From the NCBI GenBank assembly GCA_002311645.1, contig DBYW01000003.1:166567-230566 (forward strand): 64,000 bases of DNA, given 5' to 3'. Both the position numbers and the translations under genes were made by a program. Below, one piece after another: positions 17,272 to 29,200 of the stretch (its first letter is position 1; the number at the start of each line of letters is the position of its first letter). Under the pieces are notes generated by a model. It ran no database searches, had not been told where the DNA came from, and was given only the letters and a program-made list of their open reading frames with translations. This DNA is from Bacteroidales bacterium UBA1176. GTDB lineage: Bacteria; Bacteroidota; Bacteroidia; Bacteroidales; WCHB1-69.

Positions 17272-20200
17272 ATGAAAAAACTATACTTCTTGACCTTTGC
17301 GCTTCTCCTTTTCTCCTCGGCTCTTCGGGGACAAACTGTTTTGTCGGAAAATTTCGAAGGCGGCACGGATGTGAGCTGGCTCCCTGCAGGGTGGTCCGTC
17401 ATCGATGCAAACAACGACAACCGAAATTGGCGGTTCCACACCTATTCGGGGTATGGTGCTCAAGTCCATTCCGGTAACGGATGCATGATCTCCGACTCCT
17501 GGTACAGCGGCCAGGGTGCCTGCACTCCGGACAACTGGCTGGTGACTCCGGCCGTAACCTTACCGGCCAACGCCGTGCTTTATTACTGGGTGGTGGCACA
17601 GAACCATTATTATACAGGCGAGAATTATGGCGTTTACATATCCACCAACGGGGGCAACACCCCCAACGACTTCGTCTCACTGTTTGAGGAGAGTTCTGTC
17701 CCGTCAACATACGAGCAGAGGGCCATCAGCCTGGCAGCATACGCAGGCCAGACTGTGCGCCTCGCTTTCAGGCATTACAATTGCTACGACGAATATTGGA
17801 TGAACATCGACGACGTGGTCATAACAAACGACCCATCGGCCGGCGGTGGCACAACGCCCATTGTGCCCGGTCCCGGCGACCAGTGTTCCTTGCAAATACA
17901 TTTGGAGAGAACCCTTGGCGCCTCTTCTGCCACATACAGTGTCTATTATATGGTGAATAACAACTATTCCAGCAGGACGCTGTTGGAGTTGGATCCGTCA
18001 ACCGCCTCGTTTGACACAACACTACTGCTGCCCCCCTCCACACTTTTCGAATTGTGGGGATGGGACGGCGGAAGCGACTTTCGCTGCCGGATTATCGACG
18101 GGTCGGGGAACGTCTTCGAAGACAGCTATTATCCGAATTATAGGACTCTTGATGCCTGCTCCGCGGCCTGCAACCTGTACGTAACCTACGGTGCCAACGA
18201 CACCCTGCGCAACATCAGCGACCCCAATTGGATAAAGGTCTACGCTGGGGACAACAGCTCCACCTGGTGGAATTTGTATAATTCGACTTGGACATCGGTC
18301 GGGCACACCTGGGGCGAATATATCCCCGTGTCGGCAGGCGTCCCGTTCCACTTTGTCTGGACTGAACCCGATGTGGTAAACCACTCCTCCTACTTTGTCA
18401 TACGCGACAATTCGACCAACCAGGAAATCTTTAGGAAAAACGCCGGCGAGGTGCTGCCCGACGGCGAGTTCCTCATCTATACACCGACCTGCGGCTCCTG
18501 CGCGGCTTCCGACAAATGTCCCTTGACCATACACCTGTCGAGAAACGCGAACGACCCCGACCATCCCGGCGACTATATCGTAGTCTATTTTGTGGGTGGC
18601 GACTATTCAAACCAACATGAATTACGTCTCGGGCCCTCGGAAAGCAGCCTGGATACCACGCTGATGCTGTGCCCGGATATCCCCTTCGAATTAAACACGA
18701 AATGGGAAAGTGGCGTTGGCGGCTATTGCGGTCCAGACTTTCAGGCGCGTTTCGTGAACGCTTACGGGAATATAACCAATTCCGGATACTATCCCTCCTA
18801 TTCCACCTCGAACCCCTGCGCCAGAACTTGCGACTACGCGGTCCGAATTGGAGCAGCGACCGCCTTGTCCGGTGTCAATAGCACTTGGATTGAAATTTAT
18901 GAGGGCAATGCCACTACTCCGTTCAAAACCATTGGACAGTCCAATTATACAAGCGGCACCTATTATTATCCTTTTTCCGTGACGGCGGGAAAACAGTACC
19001 GCTTTGTATGGCATGAACCGGACCAGGCCAACCATGCGACCTATTTCTACATTATGGACCAGGATGATGAGACGATATTTACGAAAAACCAATACACCAC
19101 GTTAGCAGACGGGGAGTTCTTCGTCGTCACCCCCACCTGCCAGGCCGTGCTGGTCACCACAGACCAGCCGACAAACATACAGACCTACTCGGCAAGATGC
19201 GGCGGCACCGTCCATACCGATGCCATTGACAACTACAACTCGAGTTATGGCATCGACTACGGCGTTTGCTATGGCACCACCCCCAACCCGACGGTGAACG
19301 GCACTCATACCACCACTCACTCCTACTCGGGAGGAACTTTCTCGTTCACCCATTATCTGTCGAATCTCCAAGACAACACCACCTATTATGTGCGGGCGTA
19401 TGTGTCGTACATGGGGAATGTGACCTACGGCGAACAAGTGCAGTTCACTACCCCGCAGGCCTATTTCTGCCAAACCCCATCCTCGGTGAACGGATACGGG
19501 CTCACGGGCAGCTCCGAGCTGATCACCTGGCAGGTCAACAACGTGACCATGCCCATCGGATCCTACACCTTGCAATACAAGAAGGCCACCGATTCGGACT
19601 GGTCTGCCGAAATCAGTGTCACCGACACGCAATACGTGCTCAACGGCTTGCTGGCCAACACCCAATACAACGTCCGTGTGCGCTCTGTATGCGCCTCGGA
19701 GAACAGCTCTTGGAAGACGGCCTCTTTCACCACACCGGTGGCGATGATGAATCATTTGTATGTGACCGTTACCGGCAGCGGCAACGGCAGCAGCTGGACA
19801 AACTCTATGGGCAGTTTCTCGGACGCTTTGAGACTGGCAGCGGAAATCCGGCGCATATATGACACCACGGTGACCATCTGGGTGGCCGCGGGCACCTACT
19901 ACGGTGACGTCGATTCTCTCCAGGCTTTCAAGATGTATGAGGGCGTGAACGTGTATGGCGGCTTCGCCGGCAATGAGCCAGACAATTACGACCTTTCATC
20001 ACGCGATTTTGATGCCAACGCCACCATTCTCGACGGCCAGAACAGCCACCGCGTGCTGTATCAGGACGGCTCCCCCACCCAAACTGTAGTCTGGGACGGT
20101 TTCACCATCCAGAATGGCGCTGCGAATTACACTTCCGGAAACACTTGGAGCAGGTTTGGAGGCGGCGCCATCTTGGCGCAGGCCTTTGAAATGCGCAACT

Positions 20201-23200
20201 GCCGCTTCCTGCACAATTATTCTTATTCTGACGGCGGAGCCGTGCTGTTGAGGCCGAACGTGTCCAATCCGGCATTCAAATTCCAAAATTGTGTATTCAG
20301 CTACAATAAGTCGGATGATGAGGGCGGTGCTGTGGCTTCCAACATTTATATGATGAATGTCAATCCGGATACGTTGGATTTGAATCTGATATTCGATCAT
20401 TGTGATTTTACGTACAACTCAGCGAATGAAAAAAGTGCGCTTGTGGACTTTTATGGTATACTTAAATTTTATAATTGTAAATTCAAATATAATTCGGCTG
20501 TGTCTCCAAGTAGTGGAGCTACTTATTCTGGTACTGTTGAGGGTGGCCGACTCTTTGTTAACTGTGAGATTAGTCACAATAAGGCTAATGAGTATGCGGG
20601 CCTTTCTAATTCTACGGCCTCTCTTTTGAACTGTATCATCGTGAATAATGAGGATGTGAATTCTTATCACGCATTTTCATCAGGTCTTTATAATTTCAGA
20701 GGTGTAATGACCAATTGTGTGGTATGGGGAAACAAGGTGGATGGAGTACCTGTTAATATTTATTCCACTATTTATGGATATGATGAAATGTTAATTCAGA
20801 ACTGCGCCATCGAGGGCGGCTTTGACTTTGACGGCAATCCCAATAACACTTTCATCACCCTGGAAAGCGAAAACTACGGAGATGCTGCGGGACGGAACTA
20901 TCCCTTCTTTGCCTGCCCCGAGAACGGCGACTACCGCTTGCGTGGACAGTCAGCCTTGGTGAATGCGGGTGTGAACAATCCAGACATGCCAGCGCAAGAC
21001 CTCGCAGGTGAAGCTCGTGTGTATGGCGGCACTGTTGACATCGGCTGTTTCGAATACCAGGGCGAGGACCTTTGCATCGCACCTATCACGATGGCAGCAC
21101 AGGATGTCTATGGCACTTCCGCCACCATCACCTGGCAGAACGCCAATCCCAATGAGCCCCTGTACTATGAGCTCTCGTACAAGCAGGAGAACGAAACCAC
21201 CTGGACCGTGTATCCCGGGCAGCTTCACACCACATGGGCCATGCTGAGCGGCTTGCAGCCGCAAACCAACTATGTGGTCCGTCTGCGTACTTTCTGCGAC
21301 GCCGGACACACCTCCGAATATTCCCCTGAACTGAACTTCACGACCTCTTGTGCCAATGGTTATATCCATACCACCCTCGTGAATGGAACAACTGATTACT
21401 ACTGGACATTTGGAGGCCTCCCCTTTGACGACGGCTATTCCTATTCACAGCAGATTTTCAGGGCGGACGAAATGGGCTCCGCAGGTACTATTGATACGAT
21501 ATATCTGCAACATGACCAGACCTCCCAGGCGGCTGTGCGCAATGTGGACATCTATATGGCGCATACCCTGAGAACCAACTTTGAGACAGGCGACGACTGG
21601 ATTCCATTCGAGCAACTCACTTTGGTGTATTCGGGAAATATCACCGTTGACTGCGCCGCCGACGGAACTTGGATTCCCGTTCCTTTGCAGGTCCCCTTCG
21701 ATTACAATGGGGAAAACAACCTAGCCTTGGTTTTTGATGACAACACGTATGACTGGATCAACTATTATGAGGGCTTCAGGAGTCATAAAACGACCGAAAA
21801 GACCAGCATGTCTGTGTCTCGGAGGATGTTGGACTTTGATTTCACGAATCTTCCCACCTCCTATAGCTTGGAGACAGAGTGTATGAACATTATTTTTGCG
21901 GGAAGTTGTGCCACCGGAGGCTGCGACAGGGCCAACCTCTCTGTGATGGATGTAACGCCGACCTCCGCCACTTTGGCCTTTACCCAAGGCGCGAATTCGA
22001 CAGCCAACGACTTGCAATACAGGAAAGTTGGCGATGAAACTTACATCGTGCTGCCAACCAGCAGCAGTCCATACACTTTACAGGGCCTGACACAGAACAC
22101 GGAATATGAGGTGCGCATGCGCTCCAGATGCGGATTTGAATACGGTGCCTGGAGAACCGTGCGGTTCCGCACCGGCTTGAAAAACTTGTCCAGATTGTAT
22201 GTCACCACGACAGGAAATGGCGACGGCTCCAGTTGGGCCAACGCGACCCACGACTTCCTGTGGGCATTGGAAACAGCCGAGATGATGAAGCAGACATTCG
22301 GCACGGCTCCCGACATCTGGGTGGCCGAGGGCACCTATTACGGCGACACCCTACACCGCGACGCATTCTTCATGAAGGAAGGCGTGAACGTGTATGGCGG
22401 TTTCGTCGGCAACGAACCCGACAATTACGACCTCTCCCAACGTGACTTTGCCCACCATGCCTCCATTTTGGATGGCAACAACCGACGTCGTGTGCTGAAC
22501 CAGAGAGAGAAGTTTGCAGAGCACACCACGTGGGACGGCTTCACCATCCAGCACGGTTATTTGGAGCAATATATAGGAAATGCCGCGGGCGCTTACCTCC
22601 GCGGAAGTGTAAGCCTCTACAATTGTGTGATAACCGACAACGATGGCAGCAATGGAGGCGTGGGTGGCCTGCAATGTATAGGAGATGAGCACAGCATATA
22701 CGTACATGGAGCATACCAAACGATATACGACAGCATCTTCATCCGCAATTGTGTGATAAGCCATAACACAAACGGCGGTGCGATTTTCGACCAGCATGTG
22801 CTGGCGGAAAACTGTGTGATTGAATACAACACTTCCGAATATGATGGTGGCGGTGTAACGCTAACGAATGGTGCGAAACTCAGGAACAGTATTGTACGGC
22901 ATAACACTGCACTCCGCGAATACTATTCTTATTATGAACTTTACCATGACGGTTACGGCGGCGGCGTTTACGCCGGGGGCCGAACAGTCGTCGAGAACTG
23001 TGAGATCACACACAATGTGGCTGCCAACGGCGGTGGTGTATGTGATGCCACGGGTGGTAATGATTCCTATAGGGATTACAAGTCCGGTATATTCAACTGC
23101 TTGATAGCCAACAATACAGCCTACAAAGGCGGCGGTGTGTATTGCAACATCGAATCTCGTGTTGTGGGTTCCACTATTGTCAATAACATGATTGAAAGCG

Positions 23201-26200
23201 AAGATGACGAGGATTTGGGCGCGGGCGTTATAGGTGACCATAACACGTTATTGCTCAATTGTATTATCTGGGGCAACAAGAGAAACGGCACCCCGGAAGG
23301 TTATGTGCACCAACAAAGGAATACTATTGTTTTCGAGGCCAACCACGTGGCTTCAGACGTGGCCATTGAAGGGGAACACAACATCCTGCTGTTGTCAGAC
23401 AGCTATGCCCATGGCATCTTCAGCCCACGCTTCGCCCATCCCGCCGAGACCGCGGGCGCCAATGATACCACCCGAAATGTCGACTGGCATTTGCTGCCAG
23501 GTTCCGCCTGCATCAACAAGGGCGACACCCTCGTGTTTGGCACCACCGACTTGGACGGTCTTGTACGCGTGCAGCAGGACACCGTTGACCTCGGTTGCTA
23601 CGAGACCCCGTACAACGGCGTGGTTCTGCCCTCTTTGCCCGACAGCATTGTCTATGTGAAGGAAGGCGGGGCCGGGACTGGAATGGGCGACAGCTGGGAG
23701 AACGCCACTGCCTCCCTCACAGACGCCCTCAATATCGCCAGTTTGAGCCGGGGCCAAGTATGGGTGGCCGCAGGCACCTATTATGGCGAAAACGCAAGTG
23801 CGGCGAATGCTTTCGAAATGAAAGCGGGAGTCAACGTGTATGGCGGCTTCGAGGGCAACGAGCCCCCGGCTTTCAACTTGGAGGAACGCGACCTTGAACA
23901 CAATGTCTCCATCCTGGATGGCCAACAGCAACAGCGTGTGCTGTACCAGGCCCAAGATTTCGTGGCGGAAGATTCCGTGGCATGGGACGGCTTCACGATC
24001 CAGAACGGACGGACCACAGGCAATGGCGCCGGAGTCTTTATGCGCCAATACAGCCGGCTGAAGAACTGTATTGTGCAGAACAATATGGTAGAAGGCTTTG
24101 GAGAGAAAAGAGGAAACGGCATTTATGTGTATAATACAAAAAATTATTCACAGGGTTATTTCCACGATAGTGGATATACAATAATAAGCCATTGCAAGAT
24201 CATCAACAATGGAGCAGAGATGACCTCCGCAACAGTATATGGTGGCGGACTCTATGCCTGGGTTGCGGAAATTGACCATACTGAGTTTGCACACAACGCT
24301 GCCTCGTATGGCGGTGGAGCATACCTGTACGAAAATGTGTCTTTGTCTAATTGCTTGATACATAACAATAAAGCATCTATGTATGGCGGCGGTGTGTATA
24401 TGGAGGATAATGATATGCAAATGGTAAGTTGTGATATTGTGAAAAACACAGTCGCACGCAGCAATGGCGGTGGTGGACTGTACAACAAGTATGAAAGATG
24501 GGGAACTTGGGGCGAGTGGGACACCTTGCTCATGAGGAACTGTATTGTCTGGGGCAACAGGTTTGAGGGTATGGACAACGATTGGCATTCCCCCACCTAT
24601 CAGGAGGAAGTGTCCATACCTGACAATATTGTGCAAGTCCGGGACATTAACACCAGCATGAAATATTGCGCAGTGGAAGGCGGCTACGTGGGCACCGGAA
24701 ACATGATGTTAGCCCCCGAAAACGACAAGTTCAACGGGGAGCAGTTCTATGTGCGTTTCATGAATCCCGATCAAGAGAACTTCCGCCTGCACCCCTTGTC
24801 CGCCTGTGTCAACAAGGGCAGCAACGGCTTTGTGGATGCCGCTTTCGATTTCTATGGCAACATACGTATCAACGACACACTTGTGGATATAGGCTGTGCG
24901 GAAGCGGGTGAGTTGGAGTGCCTGCCGGTGACCAGCGTGACCGTGACCGTGGACTGCGATTCCGTGCAGCTGATGTGGAACCGCGTGTTCATGGAAAACC
25001 AATGGCAGCTGTCGTATGGCGAAGTGGGTGCGGATCCTACTGTCATTCTCTTGAATGACACTGTTTATACAATATATGATTTGCCTAAAGGAAGGAACTA
25101 TACCGCGTTCGTGCGCTCAATCTGCAGCGCGGACAAGCAAAGCGAGCCCTCTTCCTCCGCAAACTTCCGCACGCCTTTGTGCCTGCCGGAGGCCTGTACG
25201 CCGGTACCGGGCATAACGGCCGATGTGCAGTGCGACTCGGTCATATTGACATGGAACCGGGGCGGAAACGAGGCGCAGTGGCTCTTGTCGTATGGCGAGT
25301 CGAATGCCGCACCTGTTGAATTGTTGGTGAACGACACGGTATATACTTTAAAGAATCTGACATACGACCACAGCTATACGGCATACGTGTTTGCAATCTG
25401 CGACGACACCGTCAGGAGCGACACCTCCGTGTGGGTGAATTTCGTGGCTCAGACTTGCAATGTATCCGTATGCCCCGCCGTGACTGGCTTGACCGCTGAT
25501 GTAACCTGTGATTCGGTGAAATTGAGATGGAACCACAACAATGATGCAGACCATTGGGTGGTATCGTGGGGTCAGGCCGGTGAAGAACATGTGTTGGATA
25601 CTGTAGAAAACAATGTATACGTATTAAGGAACCTGCCCTTGGATCAGCTGTATACAGTTTCAGTGTTTGCCTTGTGCAATGGCAACACTTTGGCTGGTGA
25701 AACCTCGCCCTTAGTGACCTTCAGAACCCAATGCCTGCAACCGGCACTGTTGCCGGACTTGCACGTGACAGAAGTACACTACTCCAATCCGGTGATCGGG
25801 CAAACCATGAGGGTGCAATGGACCGTGAAAAATGACGGGGATGGCGACACGCCTCCCGGCACCACATGGCCGGATTATATCTGGTTGGTGCGTGATGCCG
25901 ATGTCAGATTACATGATCCTAACGACATGAATTTGGCACAAGTGACGAATTTACAGGCTCTACAGTCTGGAGAATCATACACCAACACTGCGGATGTGGT
26001 AATACCCAACGATCTCGAACCCGGAAACTATTATCTTTTTGTTTTTGCCGACCAAACGGACGCTTACGCTATTGATTTCACTCCTGCTGGAAATGGTAAT
26101 TTGGCTCCCAACCCCTACACGCCCAGCGTGACAGGTAACCCCTATCCCTATCTGAAAGGCCTTTCGCACCAAACTGGTTGGAACGCAAATCTTCCTGGAG

Positions 26201-29200
26201 AGGTAGTTGAAGTAGAGAATCTTGACAATTTCTTCTATGTGGTGGTGGAAATCCTGCCGACCACCTATCCGGATTTGGTGGTGACTTCCGTCACCCATCC
26301 TTTGGATGTGTATTCCGGCAATGAAATTTCAGTGACATGGACGGTGAAAAACCAGGGCACCAATAAGGCAGAGGGCCAGTGGGTGGACAAAGTCTATCTG
26401 TCGAAAGATTCCTCATGGACCTCGGAAGGCTTTTTGCTTGGAACATACCAGTGTGTTGACACCTTGCTGCCCGACAGCAGCTGTCAGCATACCATCACAG
26501 CGCGTGTTCCCATATCGTATAAGGACGATTACAACATCTTTGTATATACAGACCAGACCAACAACATCTATGAATCTTTGCAAGAGGCAAACAACGTCAC
26601 CATGTCGTCCCAACCGTTGTACGTGTACTTGTCGCCCTATCCTGACCTGATGGTCACGAATATTGACATGCCGGCAGTTGTGGTCAACAACGGAAGCTAC
26701 ACCTGCCACTATACCGTGACCAATATGGGATATGGCCCGACATTCGCCGCCTTCTGGCGGGATCTCTTCAAAATTGGACAGGAAACGGTCCTCGACTCTG
26801 TGGGTGATCACAATTGGAATTATGGTTTTCATAACCACTCTGGTGTGCTGAATCCCGGCGAATCCTATCAGGGAGAAATAACAGTAACCATTCCAGTAGA
26901 TATTTATGGTGAATGGAATCTGTTTATTCAAGCGGACGCTGACAATGCGGTCTTTGAATATGATGCGGACACCAACAATGTGGCCATGTTCACCATGCGT
27001 GTGAATCCGCCCGATTTGACAGTCACCAACGTTACCGTTTCCGCTGACACGGCATGGAGCGGTACGGAAATAGCGGTTTCCTATACCGTGGTGAACACAG
27101 ACGGAGGTGCCGCATACTATCAGGAATATACGAATCCTAAGGTGAAAGACAGGATCTATTATGGAACCTCCCCCAACAGTTATGCAGATGGGACCGCGAC
27201 GCTGATAAGGACGTATGAATATGATGATGGTTTCAGCTTAGGTGCAGGTGCACAGCGCACCTACACACGCACCGTCACCATTCCCGACGGGGCACAGGGG
27301 CCGGGCTATATTTTTGTGGAGTGCAACAGTGGCGAGACCCTGTTTGAGAACGGGCGCACAAACAACAACATGGGGGCAAGTGATGAGATGTTTGCGCTGC
27401 TCTCGCCCTGGCCGGACATCCATGTCACGAGACTTGCTGTTCCGGAGCTGACCACCCTCGGCAGCCGCTTCACCGTTGAATATACCGTCCGCAACGATGG
27501 TATTACCGATTTGAACAACGAACCCGTATACCAGGTTTTCTTCAGCTCGAATTCCCCCGCCGTCTATAATCCCATGGATGCACCCATTGCCGTAGTGCGG
27601 GATGTCTTGACCTTGGCCGTCGGCGAGGAGAAAACGATAACCGCTGATATGCAGATGAGCGCGGGCGACCTGCCAGGCTTCTATTACCTCCACATGTTGG
27701 TGGATGCCGACAGGGATGTGTATGAGCACACCGGCGAAAACAACAACTATTTGATCAGCAACCAATTTGAAGCCCAGAGGTATCCTCTGGACCTGGCAAT
27801 CGTGGCATTGGATGTTCCTGATACTGTGGAGTGGGGACAAAATGTGGCTATCCGTATAAATGTGAAAAACCTGTCGGAGGTCTATACTACAGATTCGTTG
27901 TGGTGCCAATTGTATTTATCAGATAATGGATCCATTTATAGGCTTGATCCAATACTGAATAGACCTTTTGCAGGACTTAGTCCTGGAGCCGATATATGGG
28001 TTGAACTGGAATATGTGATTCCTTTGGGTTCACCGTCAAGAGCCTATCTGATCGCTAACCTCGAAAGGCGACACAACCCGGATATAGACATATCTAATGA
28101 TATACTTGAAAAAATCCTGACAATCAATTCCATACCGGTTCCAGACCTGTCCATTATCGATGTGAATGTTTTGGATGAGGTATATAGTGGACAACCTGCC
28201 CGCTTAGTCTATAAAGTGAGGAACATCAGCGAGGTGCCTGTGGAGAATCAGAATTGGGTTGACAAACTGAGATGTGCTGCTAATAGAGATTTTATGTCCT
28301 TGTCCTATGCCAAAACAAATATGACATTGAACCAAAATGAATTCTATTTGGACACGGTGGAATTCACCATACCCCAGCCACATACAGGCTATATAACATT
28401 AGTGTTGACGGTCAACGACGATCAGAACATGTACGAGTTTTATCGGAACAACAATACAGTATCCATTCCGATAACAGTCTATGAACAGGCACCCGGCGAT
28501 CTGATTGTGACCCATGTGGCCAGCGACGACACCGTTGTATCGGGGAATCAGCTTCATGTGCAGTGGGATGTTGAGAATGTGGGCACGAACCCGATGCAGG
28601 GCAGGAACCTCCGCTCCTTGGTATATGTCTCCGTGGACACCATCTTCGATGCGGGTGACCGCCTCTTGGGCAGTGTGACTTCCGAACTCGACTTGGCCGT
28701 GGGCGCCTCCGTGCAACAGACTTTGAGTGCCCGTGTGAGCGGACTGTCCATGGGCGAGTATCATCTCATTGTCAAAACGGATGTGAGCAATGCCTTCCAC
28801 GAGGACAACGAAAACAACAACTCCGGCTTCTCTGCCGAGCCCTTTGTGGTGGGAGTCCGCCAGCTTCCGTTCAACACCGACATGCCCGACACCCTGGTCA
28901 ACAACGAGGCGTCCGATTACATGCTGACCGTGGGCGATCAGACGCGCCAGACGGTACGCATTCACCTGCATTCGGAAGACTCGCTTTTAGGAGCCTACAA
29001 CCAGATATATGCCACCCATAACCGGATGGGCGACAACCTGAATTACTCCTACTCCACCATTGGCCAATACACGGCCAACCCGGAGCTGTATATCCCCTAT
29101 ACCATGCAGGGTTATTATGGAGTCAACCTCTATGGCTCAACTCCCGTGAGCAACGAGCAGAACACCATCTTGCGCGCCGACATACTGCCCTTTGTCATCG

